DNA of 64,000 bases, from assembly GCA_039096225.1 (NCBI GenBank), contig JBBPEB010000021.1:744001-808000 (forward strand). Direction: 5' to 3'. The DNA is from Blastocystis sp. Blastoise (lineage: Eukaryota > Protista > Bigyra: Opalinata). The position numbers and the translations under genes are program-made. Shown here piece after piece: positions 1 through 15,424 of the stretch; positions within the stretch are counted from its first letter, which is position 1, and each line of letters begins with the position of its first letter. The notes beneath the pieces are model-generated. The model saw only the letters and a list, made by a program, of their open reading frames with translations, was not told where the DNA came from and did not search any database.

Positions 1-578
1 TCTCTATATGAATTGAATAACCGCGGTTATTTGTAGAATTATGTTGATCATTTATTATGATATCAATTGTTCTTCCTCCATTTTTTTGTCCTAAACTAGG
101 ACCATAACAACCTATTCCTGTTTTACGACCATAAGCTAATAATATACCTATATATTAATAATAATAATATTAATAATCGTTATCATCTACTTATTACTCT
201 ATATATATGTTTATATACCATTATAATTTATTTGATAACAATTATTATGATCATGTCCTACAAATACTCCTTTTATATCTCCTCTATATATAATATATAA
301 TATATAATATATAATATATAATATATAATATATAATATATAATATATAATATATAATATATAATATATAATATATAATATATAATATATAATATATAATA
401 TATAATATATAATATATAATATATAATATATAATATATAATATATAATATATAATATATAATATATAATATATAATATACCTTGATAGAAATGTAGATAT
501 AAGACCATTGTTAAGAGGACTGCAAGAAACTCTCTCATACTGAGTACCAACTGTTGACCAATGCTATATAGTATACTC

Positions 579-612
<34 letters not shown>

Positions 613-1001
613 CTTGAGGAGCAGTCATAAATTCTTGTGTAGGAATATGGAAAAAAGCCACTCCTTGAATTAGATGCCCTTGTTCTTCTTCAATTCGTTT
701 ACTTTCTTTCTTATACCATTCGACTAATAGAAACATATATATATAGAAGAATAATTTACAATATTACTTATATATTAAATATATAGAGGATAAAGAAAAT
801 ATTTGTATTGCAATATATATACTATAAAATAATATCTATATACTTGTACTGTGTTCCACACATCCATATCCTTCGAATCCTTGGCATGTGGAAGACATCG
901 AATCAAAAAACCATATAATAAATACTATTTCTTTTGTGTTATTATATGCATATATAGGAATATAATACTAAAGAATTTATTTTTATTTATTAATAGATTA
1001 T

Positions 1002-1072
<71 letters not shown>

Positions 1073-1590
1073 TAGATGAACCAGTGATTTCAGAAGGTCC
1101 TAGTTGACTGAGTGAATAATAATGTGTTTTATCTAATATCATTATTTCTTCTCTAGATAAATCAGCTTCACTATCATGATTTCCTAAAGAACAACCATAA
1201 TATATCTGTGTCTCTGTACAAATAGAAGTGAAACGTTTCCAATATTTCTTATACCATCCTGGTGTATGGTCATATGAATAACCTTTATATGAATAATTTA
1301 GTAATTTACACATGTATTCCTTAAATACCAGCAACCATATCTCCTGTAAAAGCAATGAAATCAGGTCTTTCCACTTTAAGAACTGTTCTCATCACTTGAG
1401 TAGTCTCATCATCATAATTTCCATCTCCATAATGTAAATCAGTAAACTATGATTTATAGAAATAAAACAATATCATGAGAAATACTTGTTCAATTTTGAA
1501 ATGTCCATTTTCATTGACATGTAATTGATGACCTAAAGCATTCACAATAAGAACGCAAACGTAAATTGTCATGTAACAGATAGACATCAT
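1..1590 (-). CDS. Calcineurin-like metallophosphoesterase, DCR2/PAP28-29 family (multi-exon; 3' end runs off the window)
   Basis: Spliced exons give a signal-like N-terminus, then FTDLHYG, FTGDMVAG, LGNHD, AFFHIP, VFVGHDH and YGRKTG, the motif series of DCR2-type phosphoesterases. Seven GT-AG introns. Confidence 0.9.
285..478. repeat. (TATATAA)n heptamer tandem repeat filling an intron
   Basis: Perfect 7-bp array between the splice sites of a phosphoesterase intron. Confidence 0.95.
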
Positions 1591-1815
1591 AATAATATAT
1601 TTATAAAAAATGCTTCTTTGCTTTGAGTATAAAAATGTAAAAAAAAATGATTTCGAAAGAGAATTCTTCATTTATTCAATAATTGTGTTTTCTTAAACAA
1701 TTGTTTATATATAATATATATATACAAATCTAATGCAATTGAAAGTGATTGAATACTATAAAAACTGAAATCACAAACACGAATAATGATATTTTTAACT
1801 CAATTACAATTCATT

Positions 1816-3716
1816 TTAATTTCGACTTATTTCTTTTTGATTTATAAATATATCTATACCTTCTTCATATAAAGACTTTCCATGTTTATATATAGAACCT
1901 CCTCCAAGACATACCTAAAAACAAGTTATAATGAATATAATATAGTCATTACAAAAAACTTAATAATAAATATGTATGTATATATCTATACATCTCCATA
2001 ATAGAGAACACATATTTGACCTGGAGTAACTGCGCGAACTGGACTCTTAAATAACACTTTATATTCATTTGGAGATTGTTCATCATATGATAGTATACAG
2101 GATATACAATTCTATATATATAATATTATATAGTATTTTATGATATTATGGAGTATTCTAAAACAATAAAAATAGAGTAATATAGTATTAAATAGTATTA
2201 TATATATTATATAGTATTATATGGTATTAAATAGTATTCTATAATATTATATAGTAGTATAGAGTATTCTATAATAATATGAATAATAAATAGAACGATT
2301 ACTTGTCTATATCTAGTGACGGCGTCACAATTCATCGACTTATAACGAATTAAATCCGAAGGCTCTTTCTCATCAATCCAATGAAATGACGACTTTAATA
2401 TCTATATATATAATATATAATATATAATAATAATAATAATATATAATAATGTGTATAATAAGAATAAAAACTACTACTACTACTACTACTACTAATAATA
2501 ATAATAATATATATATACATTTAATGAATATGTATATAATGACGAATGCTGTGAAGGAGACACAATCAGTCGATTTCGTTGCATATCTTTATCACTTACA
2601 AAATATTTATATATAGTATAGATTTTTATAGTATATATATATATAATAATAATAATTATTATAATAATAAGAGGATGAGTATATAAATTATATATATAAT
2701 AATTGTAATATATATGTACTTTGTTTTTAACCCTGACTGTTTTATACACTGTCCAATTGTATAATTATATAAACCATTATGTTTCCCCATATAATCTCCT
2801 TTATAAGAATATATATCTCCTGGTTTCATAGTAACATAATTTGATAGAAAACTATTCATATTTCGTTCACCAATAAAACAAATACCAAAAGAATCTCTCT
2901 TTTCAGCAGTAATCAGATTATTTTCAGCCGCTATTTGACGAACAGTCTTCTTTGGCAATGATCCAACAGGAAATAACACCTATATAATAATAATGATATA
3001 TAAAAATTATATTCAAAAGTACAATAACATAAACTCAAAAAACTATATATACATAATAATAATAATAAATACATATATATATATACCCTTTCAAAAGAAT
3101 GACCTGGAACTTCGCATAAAAAATAACTTTGATCTTTTGTTGAATCTAAACCCTTCAATAACCTTGGAAATTGACCTATTTCTTTTGTTTGCCCTATTAT
3201 AGAATCTCTACTTAATCGACAATAATGACCAGTTGCTACATAATCAGCATTCTGTAAGGCTAACTCTGAAAATACTTTAAATTTAATTTCTCGATTACAA
3301 TATACATCAGGATTCGGAGTCAATCCCTAGACATTTTTAATAATAGTTTTTAATAACAAAAGTTTTCTCTAATTATAAACTTTATATACTTGTGAATATT
3401 CATTTAAACAAGGAGTAAAGACATTATTCCAGTATTCACGCTCAAATGGAATTTTTTTGCATTGAATGCCAAGCTGTTTACAAACCTTTTCTACATCTTT
3501 ATATTCTTCTTTTTCAGGACATACAGCGACTCCAGTCTCATCTTCCTGATCCCAATTCTTCATATACCAACCTTCAACTTCATATCCTTGGTTTTTTAAT
3601 AGCAACGCAGATACAGAGGAATCAACACCACCTGACATTCCTACAATGACCTTCTTTGTAGACAATGCTCGATTAAGTGTTTTAATTGTGCTATTAATAA
3701 CTCTATTTGATATCAT
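1816..3716 (-). CDS. mnmA: Mitochondrial tRNA-specific 2-thiouridylase MnmA/TRMU (7 exons)
   Basis: Motifs [65 protein letters not shown]. Basic N-terminal presequence. Stop TAA at 1816-1818. Confidence 0.95.
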
Positions 3717-5181
3717 TGATTGACAAAGATAATAACCAAATAAATCTGAGCTAAAAAAAACAAGATAATAGAAATGTAATTTAAATTATTTATGCAGTCG
3801 CACGTTTTTATTTTTAACTTTCATTTTGTCTTATTATTATCATCTTTAACATAACTAAACAAAAATATTTATTTAAAATCAATTAATTAATAAACAATTA
3901 ACTTTTTATTCTTTTGAAACATGTCACACCTTCAGTTTCCTATAAAAATGAATATTAGAATAATTTCATTATGATCTTTTGTAGAAATGAAAAGAACACA
4001 TATCAGTATTATTCAACGATCTCGCAGTTAAAAAGTCTTCTTATATTAACGAAAAGCGAATATAGAAGTTAGTGAATCTGCTTGTTAAATAATGACTTTA
4101 TATTTATATCTACATACCTTTATATATAATAATTTGATAACTAGGGAAAGGCTAACCACACTACGGCTGTATCTTATGTTAAACTAAAGAAAAAAAAATA
4201 TAGTTGATAAATATCAAATTAATAAAATGAAAAATAAGAAAATGATATTCGCGAACACGATTTAGCATTGCATTTATCTCCGGAAGCATTTATAAGTATT
4301 CTTCAGAAGAAGATAATCAATGCATAAAAGAAAATCAAATATAATATATACCTATGGTATGTTTCTGATATTCTAGAGCATACGTATTTCATGTACATAT
4401 TATCTTCATATATAAGAATCGATCTCGAGCAATTTTAATCGAAAAAGAACCGAAAATGAATAGAAATCACACGAAAAGAACTCCAGAAGCCTTTTTATAC
4501 GTATAACTAGCTCATGCAGCTATTATGGATGCTATTATTTAAGTAAAAAGAAATATAATTAATCCTAATCCATCACAATATTGAATAAAATATATAATGA
4601 GTATAAAAAAAGATAAAGCGTTGAATGAATTTCTGTAAAGTGATTGAAGAAATATATAAATATCAAGGTTCTCATTGGATGACCATTTTAATATGTTGGC
4701 GTGGAATAAAACGAAAAATGATGATTATTGTTGATGATTGGCGAGAAAATAAGAATATTCCATGGAAATCCACATCAGAATTTCTAAAGATGTAATTTTT
4801 GAAACTATAGTTTGTCTAAAGTATATTTTGTAGAAAAGAAGACGACGTGATGCTGATGTGATAAAAAAAATAAAAATTCCCGGTAAAAAATATAAAAAAA
4901 GTTTCGGGTTTTCAACAAAGCGAATTGATGATTAAAAGTTAAATAGTAGATAAAATAGAAATACTGACTAATGAATATATATTACATATGAAATGAGTTT
5001 CAAATCAAAAGAATAAAGGGATAATATTACAAAAAAAATAAGACTATTATTAACAGAAGAAATAAATTCAAATGAGAAAATGAGAATGATAAATCAAGAA
5101 TTCATCGAAAATCAATCATAGAAAAAAGAAAATAGAAAAAAAAAATAAAAGGATATATATTAAATATTTATATGAAATACT

Positions 5182-5751
5182 TTACACTTTAGTAGCTTTA
5201 ATAGTTTTTCTGAGTTGTTTTCCCTGAATTTCTGGAACAGTTTGCATGGTTTTAATGATGCCTGTAACTGATTTTTGATGTAATTTCATTTCATATTGTT
5301 GTGAGGCTTTACAGAGAGCTGTTATAAGACTGACAAAAGCTATTATTATGGCAAAAAATAATGGTAAGAATACAATTATGAAAGTAATAGTTTTAATCGC
5401 ATATAATTCCAAGAACGCAAGTACAGAAGAGATAAAGAGAGCTATATATACAAATAACATAGCGACACCTCTTGTTACAGAAGCTGTATCTGATACCTAT
5501 ATATATATATGAAATATTATATATATAAATAATATTGAATTAAAATAATATTGAATTAAAATAATATATATTAAAATAATATATATTAAAATAATATATA
5601 TTAAATAATATATATTAAAATAATATATATTAAATAATATATATTAAAATAATATATATTAAAATAATATATACATCTTTCTCTAGATTTTTGCTTTGAC
5701 GACATGTACAGGCAGGAAATGAGCAAGACTATATACATAATGAAATAAGAA

Positions 5752-5796
<45 letters not shown>

Positions 5797-6490
5797 AAAA
5801 AAATGTTATTATATTCATAAATAATAATACTATTGTTCTTTAATATAAAAAAAAAGTATACTAACTATAATAATAACATACAACTCTAATGATTTTGATT
5901 AAGAAGAAGAGAAGAACAAAAGCGAGAATAGAACTAGCGAATTCAATATTATTATCAGAAGCATCCATCCAAATACATAGAGATAATATACATAAGAAAC
6001 ATATACTGTCTTCAAATAACACCCATAGAGAAGAAGAAGGAGATATCATACATACAACTCTATAAGCATATATATATTTATATGTATATAGAATTTAGTA
6101 TACGAAATGAATAAAAATATATTAAACAATTGATTGAATACATAATTAAATTACTTGTTATGAATAATGAAAAAAAGATATATAAATATATATATATATA
6201 CAACACAATCTTTCGAATACAGAACAATATATAGATGATAATATAAGGAATAGAAATATATATATATAGCCATTCAATAACATCTCCGACTTTGAAATAA
6301 ACCAATAAAAACTGAATTACTGATAAAAGGGCAATAACGAAGATATATCTATATACATAAATATCTTTAGAGAATTATTAAGATATAAACAAGTAACTAG
6401 TAAATACATTTATTTAAATATTTAAATATTTAATTTAGAATTTATGACTTATCTAAGTTTAATAAAAAAAGAAAGATGATATAATTAGTA

Positions 6491-6533
<43 letters not shown>

Positions 6534-7238
6534 CTCCATTTTCTATATAACTTGGCTGATTTCGACTCATCCACCATTCCTTCAGAACTGATAATAGCAA
6601 TACATGTAGAAACAAGGAATGCAGACCCCTATATATATATAGTAATACAAACATTAATATGATTTAAAAAAAATGAACATATATAAATAAAATATATAAA
6701 TATAAAAACATAAAAAAATATAAATATAAATATATATAAATATATATATACAACAAGAATCCATGTTGGAATAAGAACAATTAACCAGCTCCATGTTACA
6801 TAGTTATCTAAACGAAGTGCAGCAAAAACTATATATATATATATATATAATTCAATAAAAATAACATGGTTACATACATAAAGATATAAATAATAAGACT
6901 AGAACAATTGTACAAATACTACCCAGGGCAAGACGTTCTTTCGTTCCACTGTGTGTTAACGAATTATAGAGATTATACCAACTTATCTTACTGTCTGTAT
7001 GATTATACGATGATTGTTCTGTTGATGAAGTATTATCATTAAAGTAATCATAACGTTCCTTTGCATTTGGGTTAGATAGGACATCGTAAGCTTCTTTGTA
7101 TACGTAGTATTGATGCAGGATATGAGGGTCACTTGAATGAGGATTTAAACCTTTAGTTGCATTTTCAAAGGCTTCTTCAATTTCTTTTTGAGTTGATTCA
7201 TGTGTAACATGAAGTACTGCATAAAAATCTGAGCTCAT
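5182..7238 (-). CDS. J-like domain (no HPD) fused to a multi-pass TMEM185-like membrane domain (7 exons)
   Basis: N-terminus DFYAVLHV...EAYDVLSNPNAKERYD is DnaJ-like. Later exons FAALRLDNYVTWSWLIVLIPTWI and several hydrophobic helices resemble TMEM185. All introns GT-AG and in frame. Confidence 0.75.
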
Positions 7239-7309
7239 TAATCAAATATAAATTCTCAATATTGTTTGTAAGCAAATAATATATTTATAAAGAAAATTCG
7301 GTTTATTTG

Positions 7310-7515
7310 GAGAAGTTGATTAGGGTCGTCCATTTTATCTATTTTGCCGTTAGGGGTTGTCCGCGGACAACCTGCGTCACGCACGATTTTCTTGTTCATC
7401 CAATTATTCTCTTATTTTTCATACTATTTTTCAAAATAAATATTTAGGGGTTGTCCACAATATTATTTTATTATTTTATGTTATTTTCAATACTATGGCA
7501 TTTATTCTATTAATT
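7310..7515 (+). repeat. Left terminal inverted repeat
   Basis: Exact reverse complement of 8177-8382. Confidence 0.95.
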
Positions 7516-8176
7516 CATGATAGACATAGTTTAGAAGAACTTCTTAAATAATGTGTAGGCATCGAAATCAGCATACATTGCACAAATGAACACAATTCTT
7601 TAAATACAATAATGATTTTTCCATTAGAATTCGTTTAACAATACACAACTATTCTCTTGTCACGATTAAGAATATCTTAAAGGTATTTATAAGTCTAATT
7701 AAGAATTTTATTCATAATGCGGTATTACAGTTCGTTTTAAGCATAATTCAATTGCAATAGTAGTTACAAAATATTTTTTAATGTGATTATCATTAACTAA
7801 ATATTTATAATAAGATAATTGTGATTTATAGGATTCTCACCTATTATACAAATATGTTTGCTATGACTATATCACTTGCCCTAATTGACTTTAAAAATGA
7901 TTTTTATTTGTTTTTATATTATGTTATTACAGGTATAAAAAGAAAATAATTTAAAAAATAATTGTTTTCTGTTTTATTGTTTTTTATAACATATTTAGAG
8001 TAATATACATTATTTAAAACTTAGATAAGTTAATAAATGGTTGAGCATATAAAATAGACTTTTATCTTTTATTTAATAGAATGGCAATGCCGTAAATTGT
8101 TGGTCATTGACGGTTAGTCTTATTATTTTTGCATTCTGCTCAAAGAATATATTACTCTTACCAAATATATAGCATA

Positions 8177-8382
8177 AATTAATAGAATAAATGCCATAGT
8201 ATTGAAAATAACATAAAATAATAAAATAATATTGTGGACAACCCCTAAATATTTATTTTGAAAAATAGTATGAAAAATAAGAGAATAATTGGATGAACAA
8301 GAAAATCGTGCGTGACGCAGGTTGTCCGCGGACAACCCCTAACGGCAAAATAGATAAAATGGACGACCCTAATCAACTTCTC
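8177..8382 (-). repeat. Right terminal inverted repeat
   Basis: Exact reverse complement of 7310-7515. Confidence 0.95.
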
Positions 8383-8655
8383 GTTTATTTGTGTTTATGA
8401 GGAAGAAATCAGTAACTGCCTGATTCTATCTGAAAATCAAAAAAAAAAAAAAAAAAATCAATTAAAAAAAAATGTAAAAAATCAGTTTGAGTCTGAAAAT
8501 TGTTGAATAAAAGAAAAAAAAAGAAGAATAAAGTTCATAAAAGTCTGTATAGAGTATGATATGATATAAATATAAAGAATAATGAATATAGAAAATCGGA
8601 CAGAATAAAGAATAGTGATAGAAACGGTCGATCAAGTTGTTAATGAGTATTTTGA

Positions 8656-10661
8656 ATGAGTATAAATAGTCAGAAGCGTGAATTTGGTTGTTTATGTAAA
8701 GCGAATATTCGTTTAGTTCAGAAATTATTAGAGATAGAGATAAAATACACAGAGAAGAAGAATGATCATATGTTATTTACGATTCGTAAAGCTATAGCGA
8801 ATATTAAACAATGTAAGACTCCCATTCGAAGTCGTGATCAAGCTATAGTTCTTCCAGGAATCGGTGATTATATGGGGAATATTATTGAAGGAATTCTACA
8901 GAAGGAAAAACTATTGAATGTTCCTGCTTGTATATATATATAATTATTCAAAGAGTTGATATATTCTTAAATGTGAATTTTGTTTTTTTATGTATATAAA
9001 ATTTGAATTATTATATAATAATAATAATAATAGTGGCTGACGAGATGGGTCCTGATGATCGAAATACAAAAGGAACACAATTATCAGATTTTATGTATGT
9101 TCCTAAAGAATCAGGAGGTATATATATATATATTGAAAGTCATTTTTTATCTATGTATATATTATTAATATTCTATATTCTCTTCTTGTTATATATATAT
9201 ATGAATGAATGTTTATAAATAGGTCCATGGTGTGCATTATTATCGATATGGATGTGTGTATATGAACAGAAGAAACTCTCTATATTCCTCTTATCCGGTC
9301 TAAATCATTTTGAACATCTTATGTCTTTATCATCAATTGATACTACAAGTAATAAGAAGATATATATAACTCATTTAAAAGTATTACATAAGAAATCTAT
9401 AATAAATCTAGAAAATAATACATTTATTAGAATCCATGAAGAATGTATATTTTTATTAAATCATTCTATATATATATATATATAGCATTGAAATTGTGTT
9501 GTTTATTAGTTAGTAAATGTTATGCAACACAAGTTTATATTCATGATTTTTGTATTCATAATAATATCAGTATTACTTCTCTTACTGAAGGAAATGTAAT
9601 GATTTCTTCTTCTTCTTCTTCTTCTATATCTATTCCTCCCTCTATATCTTCATCTTCTTCTCTATCTATTCCTCCTTCTTCCTCTTCTTCTATATCTATC
9701 CCTCCCTCTATATCTTCATCTTCTTCTCTATCTATTCCTCCCTCTATATCTTCTATATCTATTCCTCCCTCTATATCTTCATCTTCATCTTCTCCTTCTG
9801 TATCTATTATAAAGCCACAATTATCTCCTCTTACAATTACTACTGTTAATGATTCTACTAAATGGCCATTAAGACCCTCTATAGAAGGCATTTCATGGGG
9901 TGCTCCTGAAACAGAAGTATCGAAATTATGTGAATATGATTTAGAAGGTATAGAAGAAGAGAAGAAGAAGAAAGATATTAATCCATTTTTAGAATCTACT
10001 ATACAATTAGCAAAGAATCAATGGACTATTGATCTTGTTCTAGATAATCGAGAAATACGGAATAGAAATGATCGTGGATATATATATACTCGTTTGGCTG
10101 GAAGAGGGATTCCTGTACTCAGTCGATCGATCGCTTTAGGAGATGTACAATTCATATTAAAACATAAAACACAGGATGAGATGGAGTATATAATGGATTT
10201 CATCGTAGAACGTAAAACAATAAGTGATCTTGTATCTAGTATCTTAGATGGAAGATTTCTTGAGCAAAAGTCTCGATTGCATAAGAGTCATATTCGTCAT
10301 GTTTTCTATTTAATTGAAGGAACACCTACTTCTCAAGAAGCTATTCGTATCTCTTCTATATTCAAAAATATACTCTCTATTATGGTATATGATCAGTTTC
10401 ATGTATATACAACAACTTCTATCGATGATAGTATTCTATTTCTTGTTAATTTATATAATTGTATTCAATCATTATATACATCTACTTCAAAGTATAATCT
10501 ATTTATATAATAATAATATTTCTCTCTATATATAATATAATATATAGTTGTTATCTTCATCAATATCATCATACTTATGATTATTTCCAAGAAGAATTCT
10601 CTAAAACTACATTTATAACTACAAAAGAACTATGGACAACACAATTAGCACAAGTATATTA

Positions 10662-10699
<38 letters not shown>

Positions 10700-10932
10700 T
10701 ATAGATACCACGATGTGGAATACAAAAAGCAAAAGCAATTACTGAATTATATCCTACTTGTAAATCTTTATTGATACGATATTCAAGTTTATTTGATTCA
10801 ATGAATCCAGAAATGATTTTAGAAGATATAACAGCAAAATATCAAACATCTTCTATTGGTCCAAAACTAAGTTCATTCATATTTCATTTCCTTATGGATC
10901 AAGTCTATACAAACAAAGAAAAAGAAAATTAA
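8656..10932 (+). CDS. MUS81: Crossover junction endonuclease MUS81 (6 exons)
   Basis: N-terminal HhH (AIVLPGIGDYMG), YVPKxxGGPW winged-helix start, ERCC4 nuclease LVLDNRE...LGD...VERKTISDLVSSILDGRFLEQKSRL...YLIEG, C-terminal HhH QLAQIPRCGIQKA. Confidence 0.93.
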
Positions 10933-11189
10933 ATAATAAATATTTGATATGTTTATTGATTTATAAAAATTAAAGAATTAAATTTTATGTGTATTTGAGT
11001 CATTTTATTTTCATTTTCATATTTTTATTATAATCATTTTATTTTTATTTTTAATAAATCAAATATAAAAAAATAATTATTATTTAAAAAAATTAAAATT
11101 AAAAAAATGAAAATAAAAAAGAATAAACAACATAAATTTTCTTTTCCTCTTTGTTTATATTTCCTAAATAATTCATTTTTACATTTAAT

Positions 11190-11825
11190 ATGCGTTGTTG
11201 TATTCAAAAAATAAAGTATTTATATTGATTATTAAATTCATTAGATCATCCTTCTAGTCCTTTTCGTTCATATTTGAATCTTTCTGTCAAAAACGCAAGA
11301 TATTCAACTCAAGTAGACTTTACAAAGTATTTAGATGACACAAATATTCCTTCTGATACGTGTTTATCTGATTCTTGGTTGAATCATTGTGTAAATGCAT
11401 GGTATATTGATTTCATACAATTAATAATACTATAAATGTTTGAATAGGACTCAAGGAAAGATGTTTGAAGATGTTCGAATTCGTCGAAATGGAAAATGGG
11501 TTGCTTTATTAGATAATAAACCTTCTAGTATGCTTATATTGATTATAAAATAAAATATTATTATTCATATATATTATTTAGAAGAATTTGAAACATGTAT
11601 TCAAGCAGCAAAATATCGAGATGGATATATATATAAGAAAACAAAAGAATCTTCGATATTAAATTTCCCTGAATATGTTCATTTGGTTCATCCAATGAAA
11701 TTATCGCATCCATTTTGGATCAATCCAAAACATTCGAAATATGAGTATATATTATTTCTTCTCTTTATATATATATAGTGATGAACATGAATCTTCTGTA
11801 CCTATTAAACCCTTGTATATATATA

Positions 11826-11859
<34 letters not shown>

Positions 11860-11916
11860 GTACTCCACTTTCTATTGAAGAGATTCAAACATTACTTCAT
11901 GAAGAAGATGCTCAAG

Positions 11917-11948
<32 letters not shown>

Positions 11949-12406
11949 CTATATTTGTTCTTCTTTAGAATATTCGTATATTAGATCTTCAGGGTCGATC
12001 CTTATTGGCTCATTATATGGTGTTCGTCACAGGTATCAATGTACAACACATGAGAACTATTGGAGACACAATTGTGAACCAAATGAAGCCTCGTCGTTTG
12101 AAGAATGTGAGTACAAGTGTAGAAGGAAGAGAAGGATGTGATTGGATGGTTGTCGATTGTGGATCTATTATTCTACAAATATTCAATCCATTATCTCGTA
12201 TTCAATATAATTTAGAGGATCATTGGGAATGTATGATACCAGGTCAAGATCGCTATGGATATACCATCCCCGAAGAGTCTTTAGACCCATTCTATTGTCA
12301 CTCTCCAAGGGAGGATCTAGAGAAAGAAGCAATCGATATACAAAATATATCATCATATGAAAAGAATGATACAGAAATACAAACAGAAGAAGAAAAATAC
12401 ATATAA
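11190..12406 (+). CDS. rsfS: Ribosome silencing factor RsfS/Iojap (mitochondrial MALSU1-like), 7 exons
   Basis: AQNIRILDL...HYMVFVTG...VEGREGCDWMVVDCGSIILQIF...RIQYNLEDHW is the RsfS signature. A long N-terminal extension is consistent with organelle targeting. Confidence 0.88.
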
Positions 12407-12922
12407 TTATATATTTATATATTAAAGAATAATCATTAATATCATATTTATTCATATAGTTTTGCTTTGTTTTGGTATATAAAGAAGGAATATTGACTTA
12501 TAAAAGTTTAAAACGAATAATACATAATATTGGTGATTATAAATGAAACTATAAACAGTTTTATATTATAAGCAACATTTCGTTTTTAAATATATATAAA
12601 TATTATTATATCATATATATAATTGATGGTTTTGCTCTTTTTATTTATGAGTAATTAATAGGAATAATAATATATATAGATATAAATATGGTTTATATAT
12701 ATATATATATACACTTGTATAATTACAGAGTATCAATAAAATAAAGATTAACATCATAACTTAACAAATTGTAATAAATTCAATGAGAAACTAATTGATA
12801 ATAAATAATATAAATGAAAAAACATAAAAAGAAAATTGAAAACAGTAAGAAAAAAGTAAAAAATAATAAAAAAAATATATTTATAAAAATATATATTATT
12901 ATAGTTATGCTAATAAGAAGAT

Positions 12923-15163
<2,241 letters not shown>

Positions 15164-15424
15164 GTATTAAATGATTCAGTAAATAATTCAACTCAAGAAG
15201 AATAACTGAAAATGGCTGAAATCTCTAAGAGAAAAAGAACAATAATTGATATCATAATTATTTCCTGTTTTTCAGTATAGAAACAAGAGATAACCACGGA
15301 TACATTTTTTTGACTTTTTCGTTCTTTTCTTTTTTCAACAAATTACTTTATACTTTATCTACGTTATTAATAAGTATTTCATAATTTTATTTATAATTAT
15401 CAAAGTATAAACATATAAAGGAGA

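Larger units (their letters stand above)
7310..8382. mobile_element. Non-autonomous Mutator-like (MULE) DNA transposon / MITE, 1073 bp
   Basis: Identical 206-bp terminal inverted repeats (7310-7515 and 8177-8382) starting GAGAAG, flanked by the 9-bp direct repeat GTTTATTTG (7301-7309 and 8383-8391). No transposase ORF inside. Confidence 0.93.

Noticed and set aside
7357-8335. Two near-identical small ORFs (MSADNLRH...) on opposite strands
   Set aside because: They lie in the TIRs, start at TTG and simply mirror the inverted repeat.
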